Part shown: positions 1-8,969 of the stretch, one piece after another
How positions within the stretch are numbered: the first letter of the stretch is position 1
How the letters are laid out: each line of letters begins with the position of its first letter
Source: Candidatus Segetimicrobium genomatis
GTDB lineage: Bacteria; Sysuimicrobiota; Sysuimicrobiia; Sysuimicrobiales; Segetimicrobiaceae
DNA: 64,000 nt
Assembly (NCBI GenBank): GCA_005882275.1
Contig: VBAK01000118.1
Span: 16,881-80,880, forward strand
Reading direction: 5' to 3'
Notes under the pieces: generated by a model
The model's input: only the letters and a program-made list of their open reading frames with translations
The model's database searches: none
What the model was told of the DNA's origin: nothing
Made by a program: the position numbers and the translations under genes

Positions 1-1
1 C

Positions 2-1054
2 GCCAACCACCTGCTGGAGATCGAATGGGCGGAGCGCGTCCAGGCCCTGGTCCCCGGCGTGGAGATGGTGCGCTTCACCAGTTCCGGCACGGAGGCCACG
101 CTGCTCGCGCTCCGGCTCGCCCGCGCGGCGACGGGCCGGCGCAAGGTCGTGAAGTTCCAGGGGCACTTCCACGGGTGGCACGACGCCGTCAGCCCGGGAC
201 AGGCGCCCCCCTACACCGACGTCCCGCCCGGCGTCACCACCGCGACCGCCGGCGAGACCGTGGTCCTCCCCGTCGACCTCGACGTCGTCGGTTCCGCCCT
301 GGCGCGGGACCCGGAGATCGCCGCCGTAATTGTGGAGCCGAGCGGCGCGGCCGCCGGCGCGGTCCCGCTTCCGGCGGGCTTCCTTCAAAACCTGCGGGCG
401 CTCACGTCGTCCCGGGGGGTCTGCCTGATCATGGACGAGGTGATCACCGGTTTTCGGTGGTCGCCGGGCGGCGCTCAGCAGGCGTACGGCGTGCGCGCGG
501 ATCTCGTGACGATGGCCAAGATCCTCGCGGGAGGACTGCCGGGGGGCGCCGTGGCCGGGCGCCGGGATCTCCTCGAGCCGATCGGGGTCGCGTCCGCCGC
601 CGGGCGGAGGATCCGCCATCCCGGCACCTTCAACGCCAACCCGCTCTCAGCCGCCTCCGGGATCTCCTGCCTCGATGTCATCCGGGACGGCAAGGTCCAT
701 GAGCAGATCAACGCGATGACCAGGTCCCTCCTCACGGAGATGAACGCCCGGTTTGCCCGCCGCGGGGTGCGCGGCGTCGCCTACGGCGAGGCGTCGCGGT
801 TCAACCTGGCGTTCGATCAGCGGCTCACGCCCGGAGACCCGCAGTCCCTCCGGAATGTGCCCGCGGATGCGCTGAAGGAGCAGCGACCGACGCCGGTCGC
901 GGCGAGCCTGGCCCTGGCGCTGCTGCTGCGCGGCGTGCATCTGATGGCGATGGGGGGATTCGTGAGCACCGCCCACACCCGGGAGGATATCGCCAAAACG
1001 GTGGACGCGCTGGACGAGGCGCTCGGGGAAATCCAGACGCTGGCGCCCCGGTAG
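2..1054 (+). CDS. class-III PLP aminotransferase, glutamate-1-semialdehyde aminomutase-like (5' end off-window)
   Basis: The frame is open from base 2. VRFTSSGTEATLLALRLARAATGRRKVVKFQGHFHGWHD and MDEVITGFRWSPGGAQQAYGVRADLVTMAKILAGGLP resemble GSA-aminomutase/class-III aminotransferases, including the PLP-lysine context. Confidence 0.85.
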   Translation, partial: ANHLLEIEWAERVQALVPGVEMVRFTSSGTEATLLALRLARAATGRRKVVKFQGHFHGWHDAVSPGQAPPYTDVPPGVTTATAGETVVLPVDLDVVGSALARDPEIAAVIVEPSGAAAGAVPLPAGFLQNLRALTSSRGVCLIMDEVITGFRWSPGGAQQAYGVRADLVTMAKILAGGLPGGAVAGRRDLLEPIGVASAAGRRIRHPGTFNANPLSAASGISCLDVIRDGKVHEQINAMTRSLLTEMNARFARRGVRGVAYGEASRFNLAFDQRLTPGDPQSLRNVPADALKEQRPTPVAASLALALLLRGVHLMAMGGFVSTAHTREDIAKTVDALDEALGEIQTLAPR

Positions 1055-1106
1055 ACCCGCGGCCCCGCGGATCCGGCTCACGCCGAACGGCGGGGACGCG
1101 CGCGGA

Positions 1107-1901
1107 TCAGCAGGGCGTGTGAAACCAGGAGAGCCGGGTCCAGCGCAGGTAGCGGTCCGACAGCAACTCGAGCACCTTTCGCGCCATCGGAAACTCGTCC
1201 GCCAGCGCCGTGAGGACCCGGCGATCGGGCCGCCCCTCGGGGCCGGCGGCGAGCCGGTAGAACCGGCGGCCGTGCTCCTCATAGATCTCCGGCGTGAGCG
1301 GAACGGCCCGCCAGTGCTCCCGCGCGGCCCTCCCGTGGCGGGACCGCAGATAGTCGGGAAAGATCCCGCTGGTAAAGAGCGCGATATCGGCGATCCGCTG
1401 GAAGATCGGCGGGGTCTCGCGCTCGCCCACGAGGCCCGCCAGCGCGATCATGTCCTCCATGTTCAGCGTGCTGAAGCGCCTGCGCCGGTAGCGCTCTCCT
1501 TCCTTCGTGAACACCGTCACGGTCTCCGTGCGGATGAACGACGTGAGCATCCGCACCAGATACCCCCAGATCGCCGGCTCGGCCACGAACCGGTGGACCC
1601 GCGGGGCGTCGAAGACCGCCACGGTCTCGGGCGTCCGCTCCAGCGTGTACGGGCGGGCGTTCAGGTCGCGGATCACGCGCCGCAGGAGGACGCTGAACAC
1701 GAGCGCGGGAGAGACGCGCAGGAGCACCCGCGTGTCCTCCAGCAGGCTGCGGACGAGCCGGTCGTCTTCGAGCATGACGTCCAGGAGATCTTCGCGCGCG
1801 CGCAGGTGGTCGAGCCCCTGCCCCACACCGCTGCGCTCGTCGCCAACGGTGTCCACGACGAACCGGAGATCCTCATCCGTCAGAGCCGGCACATGCTCCA
1901 T
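1107..1901 (-). CDS. hypothetical protein (264 aa), no domain recognised
   Basis: ATG at 1901 (MEHVPALTDEDLRF...). Amino-acid composition looks non-artefactual. The start overlaps the upstream MEMO-like gene stop (1873-1875) by 29 nt. Confidence 0.6.
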   Translation of the reverse strand: MEHVPALTDEDLRFVVDTVGDERSGVGQGLDHLRAREDLLDVMLEDDRLVRSLLEDTRVLLRVSPALVFSVLLRRVIRDLNARPYTLERTPETVAVFDAPRVHRFVAEPAIWGYLVRMLTSFIRTETVTVFTKEGERYRRRRFSTLNMEDMIALAGLVGERETPPIFQRIADIALFTSGIFPDYLRSRHGRAAREHWRAVPLTPEIYEEHGRRFYRLAAGPEGRPDRRVLTALADEFPMARKVLELLSDRYLRWTRLSWFHTPC

Positions 1902-3141
1902 CGTCCGCGCGCACCTCGCCGAAGACCGCGGCGGCAAATCCCACCATCCCGCCTGCGGGATCCTCTCCTTGATTGTATGCCAAAAGATGGCCGCGGGTAG
2001 GCGTCAGCAGCCGCAGCACCGTGTAGATCGCCGAGAGCCCGCAGACGCGCCGGCGATTGCCGTCGGCCATCACCGTCTGCCAGAACCCCTCGGCGTCGCC
2101 GGCGACCGCCCGGTCGAGCGCCGCGAGGTCATCCGCGCGGGCCGCGGCCGCCAGGGTGGGCCCGACCGCCTCGGCGTCGCCGAAGCGGGGCCCGACGTGG
2201 CTGAGATCGACCCCGCCGACGACGATCACCGGGCGCTCCGCCTCCGCGATCGCATCGCGCAGGGCGGCGATGAACGACTCGACCTCCCCCAGTTGCGACG
2301 GGCTCGCGCGCCCGCACAGCGGCTCGAAACTCGAGCACAGGACCGGGAGGATGGTCAGCGGCCGGCCCCCGGCGAGGTGGTCGAGAAACAGGACCTGGAA
2401 CTCGATGGAGTGCTCGGTCCGGTGCACCGCCTCGTGGGTCATCGCATCGAACGGGTACCGGGACGCCACCGCGTCCAGCAGGGGCCGATCGACCTCGATG
2501 ACGCGCCCGGGGGTCGCGTAGCCTTTCGTCGTGAGCACATAGGGGGCGGGCGGCCCCGCGTGCGCCACCCCCACGACCACGGCGCAGGTCCCGGCGGGGA
2601 TCTCGCCGACCGCCCCGTAGGCCCGGCCGTACGTGGGCCCGCCCCGGAGGAAATCGATGTGCGGAGCGAGGAGGCCCCGCGGACGCCGGGCCGGGGCCGG
2701 GTCACCATCTCCGCCGGGGCGCCCGATGGCCGCGGCGCTCAAGAACCCCTCCAGCGTGGCGGCAAGCGCGGCGGGGTCGGCCGGATACGAGACGCCCGCG
2801 TGGGCCGGCGCCCGGTGCGGCGCCGCGCGATACGCCTGCTCGACGTCCCGCCGGCGCTGCGCCAGCCGGGGAGTCTCCAGGAGATGGTGCGCGTCCAGAT
2901 CCTGGATGATCCGGTCGAGATCCCCCCGGGGCAGGATCGTCCCGCCGGTCAGCCGCGCATACTCTCCCTGAACCTCGATGATCTCGCGGCGCCCATCCAG
3001 CAGCAGCGCGACGAGGAACACCGGCAGCGGCAGGAGCACGGGCGATTCGAGGAGGCCTTCGTAGTCACGGGCGTAGACCGCCCGCCGCCCCTGCCACTCG
3101 CCCGCCACAAGGTCCAGCGGTCGCAGCTTAGGAACCGGCAT
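1873..3141 (-). CDS. MEMO1 / AmmeMemoRadiSam system protein B family protein with ~110-aa N-terminal extension
   Basis: ATG at 3141 (MPVPKLRP...). The C-terminal ~310 aa (RAPAHAGVSYPADPAAL...HIDFLRGGPTYG...VDLSHVGPRFGD...RRRVCGLSAIYT) match the Memo-like fold. The ORF-track start at 3339 adds a low-complexity artefact. Confidence 0.8.
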   Translation of the reverse strand: MPVPKLRPLDLVAGEWQGRRAVYARDYEGLLESPVLLPLPVFLVALLLDGRREIIEVQGEYARLTGGTILPRGDLDRIIQDLDAHHLLETPRLAQRRRDVEQAYRAAPHRAPAHAGVSYPADPAALAATLEGFLSAAAIGRPGGDGDPAPARRPRGLLAPHIDFLRGGPTYGRAYGAVGEIPAGTCAVVVGVAHAGPPAPYVLTTKGYATPGRVIEVDRPLLDAVASRYPFDAMTHEAVHRTEHSIEFQVLFLDHLAGGRPLTILPVLCSSFEPLCGRASPSQLGEVESFIAALRDAIAEAERPVIVVGGVDLSHVGPRFGDAEAVGPTLAAAARADDLAALDRAVAGDAEGFWQTVMADGNRRRVCGLSAIYTVLRLLTPTRGHLLAYNQGEDPAGGMVGFAAAVFGEVRADDGACAGSDG

Positions 3142-3205
3142 CGACGACGCGGGAATCACCGTTGGCACGATTATATCAGGCGCCGGCGCAGGAGAGGAAG
3201 CGAGA

Positions 3206-3970
3206 TTGCCCGCGCCGTATAGCCGGGGTATGGGAGCCCCGCTCGCCAATCGCGTCGCCCTCGTCACCGGAGGAGGCACGGGTATTGGGCGCGCTATTGC
3301 GCTCGGCCTGGCCGAGCACGGAGCGGATGTCGCGATCAACTACAGCCGCTCGCGGGAGGACGCCGAGGCGACCGCCGGAGCGGTGCGCGAGCTCGGCCGC
3401 CGGGCGCTCGCGATCAACGCCGACGTGTCGCACGATCGGGAGGTCCGCGAGATGGTCCGCCGGGTGACCGGGGACTGGGGACGTCTGGACATCCTGGTCA
3501 ACAATGCGGGCACCACCAAGTTCGTGGACCACAAGCATCTCGATGGTCTGGACGAGGAGATCTGGGACCGCATCCTGGCGGTCAACGTGAAGGGGACATT
3601 TTTCTGCTGCCGGGCCGCCGCCGGCGTCATGACCGAGGGGCGGATCATCAACATCGGATCGGTCGCCGGCCTCCGCGGCACCGGGAGCTCCATCGCGTAC
3701 GCCGCCAGCAAGGGCGCGATCCATACGATGACGCTCTCGCTCGCCCGGGCGCTGGCGCCGAAGATCACGGTCAATGCGATCGCCCCGGGGCTCGTCGAAA
3801 CCCGCTGGCACCTGGGGCGGGAAGGGGAAAATGCGCGGACCGGGGAGAGGCTTCCCGCAAAGCGCATCGGTCATCCAGCAGACATCGCCCACATCGCCGT
3901 CGCCATCGCCGCGTCCACCACATTCCTCACCGGTCAAATCATCGCCGTCGACGGCGGGGGCCTGCTCTAG
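3206..3970 (+). CDS. SDR family oxidoreductase (FabG-like)
   Basis: TGGGTGIG cofactor motif, NNAG, and a YAASK catalytic motif. TTG at 3206 lies 8 nt after AGGAGAGG. Alternative ATG at 3230. Confidence 0.9.
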   Translation: MPAPYSRGMGAPLANRVALVTGGGTGIGRAIALGLAEHGADVAINYSRSREDAEATAGAVRELGRRALAINADVSHDREVREMVRRVTGDWGRLDILVNNAGTTKFVDHKHLDGLDEEIWDRILAVNVKGTFFCCRAAAGVMTEGRIINIGSVAGLRGTGSSIAYAASKGAIHTMTLSLARALAPKITVNAIAPGLVETRWHLGREGENARTGERLPAKRIGHPADIAHIAVAIAASTTFLTGQIIAVDGGGLL

Positions 3971-4038
3971 CGGCCGACCCAGGCACAAGACCACGGGCGA
4001 AGTCACGGACTGAAAGGGTGAAGGACTGCACCGAGGGG

Positions 4039-4052
4039 CGAACGTGTGTTTG
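4039..4052. promoter_or_regulatory. putative LexA (Cheo-type SOS) box
   Basis: CGAACGTGTGTTTG matches 13 of 14 positions of the Gram-positive consensus CGAACRNRYGTTYC. It overlaps the -35 of the lexA promoter. Confidence 0.55.
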
Positions 4053-4078
4053 CATCCCGGAAGATCTTGTGTTATAAT
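4050..4078 (+). promoter_or_regulatory. sigma-70-type promoter of lexA
   Basis: TTGCAT (4050-4055), 17-nt spacer, extended -10 TGTTATAAT (4070-4078). It lies about 50 nt upstream of the lexA start. Confidence 0.6.
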
Positions 4079-4127
4079 CCGGGCGCTGTGATGCGGGCAA
4101 ACGGGCGGGAGTCGGGGGGGCTGTGGC

Positions 4128-4742
4128 GTGGGTAAAGGGCTGACGAAGCGCCAGCGTGAGATCCTGAACTACGTCCTCAACAACATGCAGCAGCGCGGGT
4201 ATCCGCCGTCGGTCCGCGAGATCGGGGCGGCGCTGGGGCTGACGAGCAGCTCAACGGTGCACAGCCATCTCACCGCCCTGGAAAAGAAAGGATTCATCCA
4301 TCGCGATCCCAGCAAGCCCCGCGCCATTGAGATCCTCAAGGATGGGGCCAGCCAGCCCCCCAAGCGGGTCGTCAACGTGCCCGTCCTGGGCCGCATCGCC
4401 GCCGGACACCCGTTGCTCGCCGAGGAAAACATCGAGGACGTGTTTCCCCTCCCGCGGGACCTCGTCCGCGAGGACGCGTCCTTCATCCTCCGGGTCCGCG
4501 GAGAGAGCATGATCGATGCCGGGATCCTCGACGGCGATTTCATCGTCGTGCGCCAGCAATCGACGGCCAACAACGGCGAAATCGTCGCCGCCCTGATCGG
4601 GGACGAGGCGACGGTGAAACGGTTCTACCGCGAGCGCGACCACATCCGCCTGCAGCCGGAAAACCGGACCATGACGCCGATTCTGACCCGGGACGCCACC
4701 GTCCTCGGGAAAGTCGTGGCCCTGATCCGCCGGCTCCCCTAA
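4128..4742 (+). CDS. lexA: LexA repressor
   Basis: N-terminal wHTH ([12 protein letters not shown]...[10 protein letters not shown]) and a C-terminal S24 peptidase domain (GESMIDAGI...VKRF). GTG start. Confidence 0.95.
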   Translation: MGKGLTKRQREILNYVLNNMQQRGYPPSVREIGAALGLTSSSTVHSHLTALEKKGFIHRDPSKPRAIEILKDGASQPPKRVVNVPVLGRIAAGHPLLAEENIEDVFPLPRDLVREDASFILRVRGESMIDAGILDGDFIVVRQQSTANNGEIVAALIGDEATVKRFYRERDHIRLQPENRTMTPILTRDATVLGKVVALIRRLP

Positions 4743-5365
4743 GAGGGAATTCGGGCCCGCGACCGCGAGGTGAACGCGCGCGACCCCCGCCGCCCGGCCC
4801 CGCGCCGGGCCTGGGCCAAACGCCGCAGCGGCGCCCCGGTCAGGCGGGCGAGCACCCACTCCCGGCGCATGATCGTCCCGAGCCGCTCGTAGAAACGGAT
4901 CGCCGGCGCGTTCCAGTCGAGCACGGTCCACTCCATGCGGGCGCAGCCCTTTCGCACGGCGATGCGCGCGAGTTCGGCCAGCAGCGCGCCGCCCGCTCCC
5001 CTGCCCCGGTATCGAGGCCACACGAACACGTCCTCAACGTAAAGCGTCGGACGCGCTTCAAATGTGGAGTAGGTAAAGAAGTACACCGCGACACCCACCG
5101 GTTTCGGGCCGATCCGGCAGATCAGAGTACGGAAGTAGCGGCGCGCCCCGAAGCCGTCGCGGCGGACGCGCTCGACGCTGGACCGGAACCGACCGAGGAG
5201 CCGCTCGTACCCGGCCAGTCCCTTCAGCATGGCGTAGATCGTCCGAGTGTCCCGTACGGTGCCCGCGCGGATCGTCAGCGGCGGCGGGGCCGTGGAGCGC
5301 CCCGCGTGCCCTGCACGCGCTGCGGAGCGCCCCGGCCGAGCGGAACGGCGCGGGCGGGGCTCCAT
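4739..5365 (-). CDS. GNAT family N-acetyltransferase
   Basis: The acetyl-CoA motif region [22 protein letters not shown] is typical of GNAT. ATG at 5365, alternative start at 5407. Convergent 4-nt overlap with lexA. Confidence 0.85.
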   Translation of the reverse strand: MEPRPRRSARPGRSAARAGHAGRSTAPPPLTIRAGTVRDTRTIYAMLKGLAGYERLLGRFRSSVERVRRDGFGARRYFRTLICRIGPKPVGVAVYFFTYSTFEARPTLYVEDVFVWPRYRGRGAGGALLAELARIAVRKGCARMEWTVLDWNAPAIRFYERLGTIMRREWVLARLTGAPLRRLAQARRGAGRRGSRAFTSRSRARIPS

Positions 5366-5410
5366 GTCCTTCTCGAGATAGACCGCGCCCGGCCGGCCCA
5401 ACGGCACTAA

Positions 5411-6706
5411 CTAGGCGGTCCCGGGCTCGCGCAGGTACGGCCGGAGCCGCTCCAGGGTCCTCGGCGGGACCTCCGCTTCCACCAGCGTCCCATCGTCCCG
5501 GTCTTCTCGGCGGAGCACCCGCCCCTCGGCATAGATCTTCGCCAGGACCCCGGCCTCGGTGTACGGGATCACCAGGCTGACCCGCCGGATCGGGTCCGGC
5601 AGGCGCTGCGCGATGGTGCGCAGCAGGTTCACGAGCCCCAGCCGCCGCAGGGCGGAGATGGGGATCGCGCCGGGGACCTCCGCTTCTATGTCCCGCAGCG
5701 CCTCCCGGGTGATCCGGTCGATCTTGTTGATGGCATTGATCCGGAGGGTCTCGGCCGCCCCCAGTTCAACCAGCACATCTTCCACGGCCGCCATCTGCTC
5801 GGACCAGCGGGGATGGCTGCCGTCGATCACGTGGACGAGGAGGTCGGCTTCCACCACCTCCTCCAGCGTGGCCCGGAAGGCCGCCACGAGGTCGTGCGGC
5901 AGCTTTTGGATGAATCCCACGGTGTCCACGAACAGCACGGGGCGGCGGTTGGGCAGCACGGCCTTCCGCACGGTCGGGTCCAGGGTGGCGAACAGCTTGT
6001 CCGCGGTCATGACGTCCGCCCGGGTCAGGGTGTTGAGCAGCGAGGACTTCCCAGCGTTGGTGTACCCGATCAGCGCCACCACCGGGAGCGCCGCCTCGGT
6101 CCGCACCTGACGCTGCAGCCGCCGGTGCTGGCGCAGCGACTCGATCTGCCGCTCGAGGCCGGTGATGCGGGACCGGATCCGCCGCCGGTCGACCTCGAGC
6201 TTGGTTTCGCCGGGCCCCCGGGTGCCGATGCCGCCGCCCAGCCGCGACAGGATCCCGCCCCGACCCGCCAGCCGCGGCAGGAGGTATGTCATCTGGGCGA
6301 GTTCGACCTGGAGGCGTCCTTCGCTGGTCCGCGCCCGCTGCGCGAAGATGTCCAGGACGAGCGCGGTGCGGTCGAGGACCTTGGTGTGCAGGCTGCGTTC
6401 GAGGTTCCGCTGCTGAGCGGGGGACAACTCGCCGTCGACGATCACGAGGTCCGCCCCCGTCTCGCGGGCACGCGCCAGGACTTCCTCGACCTTGCCGCGC
6501 CCGACGAACGTCGCGGGATTGGCCCGGGCGCGCCGCTGCGCGACGATCCCGACCACGGACGCGCCGGCCGTCTGGGCCAGCCGGGTCAGTTCCTCGAGCG
6601 TGCCGCCGCCGTCAGCGTCGGCGGACAGCCCGACCAGCACCGCCCGCTCCGGCCCCCCGTCGGTCGCCCGAGGGAGCGCATCGCCCTCCACACGCTCCTG
6701 CCTCAA
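5411..6706 (-). CDS. hflX: GTPase HflX
   Basis: HflX N-domain (DLVIVDGELSPAQQRNLE), G1 motif GYTNAGKSSL, and G3 motif DTVGF. Confidence 0.95.
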   Translation of the reverse strand: MRQERVEGDALPRATDGGPERAVLVGLSADADGGGTLEELTRLAQTAGASVVGIVAQRRARANPATFVGRGKVEEVLARARETGADLVIVDGELSPAQQRNLERSLHTKVLDRTALVLDIFAQRARTSEGRLQVELAQMTYLLPRLAGRGGILSRLGGGIGTRGPGETKLEVDRRRIRSRITGLERQIESLRQHRRLQRQVRTEAALPVVALIGYTNAGKSSLLNTLTRADVMTADKLFATLDPTVRKAVLPNRRPVLFVDTVGFIQKLPHDLVAAFRATLEEVVEADLLVHVIDGSHPRWSEQMAAVEDVLVELGAAETLRINAINKIDRITREALRDIEAEVPGAIPISALRRLGLVNLLRTIAQRLPDPIRRVSLVIPYTEAGVLAKIYAEGRVLRREDRDDGTLVEAEVPPRTLERLRPYLREPGTA

Positions 6707-6772
6707 GCGATCGAGCCCCCGGCGAAGCTTGTGGCCCTGGGGTCCTCCCGTGGTGCGGATCGTCGGTCTCCC

Positions 6773-7957
6773 CTACCGGCCGCCGGGTCGAGCCGTGGCG
6801 CCTACCCGGTCGCCGATGCGGCGGATCGCCTCGGCAAACCGATCGTCGGGGGCGGTGAGCGAGATGCGGATATGACCGTTCCCGCGCTGTCCGTACCCGA
6901 TTCCGGGCGCGACCGCCACGCCGGCAGCCTCGAGGAGGTGCGCGGCAAACGAGACCGAGTCGTATCCCCCGGGCACGGGGATCCAGAGGTAGAAGGTCGC
7001 CCGCGGCATCGGCGCGTCCAGCCCGGCGGCACGGAGGCCGCGCACGACGGCATTCCGCCGAGCTTCCCAGGTCGCCACCCGCTCGCGCACCGCCTGCTGA
7101 GGCCCCGTCAACGCGGCGACGCCCGCGGCCTGGATCGCGGTAAACTGTCCGCTGTCGATGTTGGTCTTCAACGTTCCCAGGGCCTGGACGGCCTCCGGGT
7201 TGCCCACCGCGAACCCGAGCCGCCACCCGGTCATGCAGTAGGTCTTGCTGAGCGAGTGGAACTCGATGCCGACCTCTTTGGCCCCACGCGCCTCGAGAAA
7301 ACTGGGCGGCCGGAACCCGTCGTAGGCAATCTCCGAGTAGGTGTTGTCGTGGACGACCAGGATCCCGTGCCGGCGCGCAAAGTCGGCGACGTCGTTGAAG
7401 AAGGCGAGATCGGCAACGGCGGCCGTCGGATTGTTGGGGTAGTTGAGGAAGAATACTTTGGCCCGGCGGGCCACCGCCTCGGGAATCGCCCCCAGGTCGG
7501 GCCGCCACCCGTCTTCGGGACGCAGCGGCACCGGATACGGTGTCCCTTCCGCCATGAGCGTGGCGGTCTGATACACGGGATACCCGGGATCGCTGACGAG
7601 CACCACGTCGCCGGGATCGACAAACACCCAGGGGATGTGCGCGAGCCCCTCCTTCGAGCCGATCAGCGCCAGGACCTCACGGTCGGGATCGAGGGAAACG
7701 CCGAAGCGCCTCGCGTACCATCCCGCCACGGCCTGCCGGAACTCCGCCGTGCCCTCGTAGGGCGGGTAGACATGCGTCGCGGGGTTTCGCGCGGCCTCGG
7801 TCAGCGCCGCGATGATGTGCGGCGGGGTCGGGAGGTCCGGATCTCCGATCGCGATGTTGATGACATCGACCCCCTTCGCGCGGAGCGCCGCCCGTTTCCG
7901 GTCGAGGTCGGCAAACAGATACGGCGGGATGCTGCGCATCCGGCGCGCGATCTCCAT
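6773..7957 (-). CDS. dapL: LL-diaminopimelate aminotransferase-like class I/II aminotransferase
   Basis: IPPYLFADLDRKRAALRAKGVDVINIAIGDPDLPTPPHI, NYPNNPT and SLSKTYCMTGWRLG (PLP lysine) closely resemble DapL-type enzymes. Confidence 0.8.
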   Translation of the reverse strand: MEIARRMRSIPPYLFADLDRKRAALRAKGVDVINIAIGDPDLPTPPHIIAALTEAARNPATHVYPPYEGTAEFRQAVAGWYARRFGVSLDPDREVLALIGSKEGLAHIPWVFVDPGDVVLVSDPGYPVYQTATLMAEGTPYPVPLRPEDGWRPDLGAIPEAVARRAKVFFLNYPNNPTAAVADLAFFNDVADFARRHGILVVHDNTYSEIAYDGFRPPSFLEARGAKEVGIEFHSLSKTYCMTGWRLGFAVGNPEAVQALGTLKTNIDSGQFTAIQAAGVAALTGPQQAVRERVATWEARRNAVVRGLRAAGLDAPMPRATFYLWIPVPGGYDSVSFAAHLLEAAGVAVAPGIGYGQRGNGHIRISLTAPDDRFAEAIRRIGDRVGATARPGGR

Positions 7958-7979
7958 CAGGCCCTCCTCTGCTCAGGCG

Positions 7980-8960
7980 TCACACCGTGATCATAGCACG
8001 GATTCGCCCGGCGACCACCTCCGGGGGATCGTCGCCCACATCCAGCCAGTGGTAGCGGGGATCCCCCCGAAACCAGGTCAGCTGCCGCTTGGCGTACCGC
8101 CGGGTGTTGCGCCGGAACATCGCCCGGGCCTCTTCGAGGGACACGCTGCCCTCCAGGTACGGCACCAGCTCTTTGTACCCCAGCGCCTGCAGCGCGGGGA
8201 GCGTCTGCGCATACCCCGCCGCGAGCAGACCGCGCACCTCCTCCACCAGCCCGCCGGCAAGCTGCTGGTCGATCCGGCGGTGGATGCGCTCATAGAGGCG
8301 CGCGCGATCCGCCACGAGCGCGATCATCGCGACGGGCCCCGGGGGCCGGTGCGCCACCTGAACGTGGGGAGCGGTCTGGGCCGGCGGGCGTTCGTCGCCT
8401 GCCCCGGCCGCGGGCCGCCGGAGCATCGAGATCGACGTCCCGGTCCTCGTCTGCACCTCGAGCGCCCGAATGACCCGCCGCACGTTGTGGGGATGGATAC
8501 GGCCCGCCGCTTCGGGGTCGATCTGAAGGAGGCGCCGGTGGAGGGTGCCGGAGCCGCCGGCGCGCTCTTCCGCCTCCAGCGCCGCGCGCAGGCGCCAGTC
8601 GGGCGGGGCCGCCGGAATCTGGAACCCATCGACGACCGCGCGGATGTACAGCCCCGTCCCGCCGACCAGCAGCGGGACGCGGTTGCGCCCGCGGATCCCG
8701 GCGATGGCCGTGCCGGCCAGGCGCTGGTACTCGGCGAGGGTGACGACCTGATCGGGCTGCGCGATGTCGAGAAGGTGGTGGGGAACCTGCTCCAGGTCGG
8801 CGCGGCTTGGCTTGGCCGTCCCGATGTCCATGCCCCGATAAATGACGCGCGAGTCTGCGCAGACGATCTCCGCGGGGATCAGCCGGGCGAGGGCCACCGC
8901 AGCCGATGTCTTGCCCACGGCCGTTGGACCGGCGATGACGACGAGGGCCGGATCCCTCAA
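7980..8960 (-). CDS. miaA: tRNA dimethylallyltransferase
   Basis: P-loop GPTAVGKTS, DSRVIYRGMDIGTAKP, and HHLLDI. Confidence 0.95.
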   Translation of the reverse strand: MRDPALVVIAGPTAVGKTSAAVALARLIPAEIVCADSRVIYRGMDIGTAKPSRADLEQVPHHLLDIAQPDQVVTLAEYQRLAGTAIAGIRGRNRVPLLVGGTGLYIRAVVDGFQIPAAPPDWRLRAALEAEERAGGSGTLHRRLLQIDPEAAGRIHPHNVRRVIRALEVQTRTGTSISMLRRPAAGAGDERPPAQTAPHVQVAHRPPGPVAMIALVADRARLYERIHRRIDQQLAGGLVEEVRGLLAAGYAQTLPALQALGYKELVPYLEGSVSLEEARAMFRRNTRRYAKRQLTWFRGDPRYHWLDVGDDPPEVVAGRIRAMITV

Positions 8961-8969
8961 CCGGATCCC

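Noticed and set aside
5813-7990. 725-aa plus-strand ORF
   Set aside because: It is antisense to hflX and the dapL-like gene and has low-complexity composition with no motifs.
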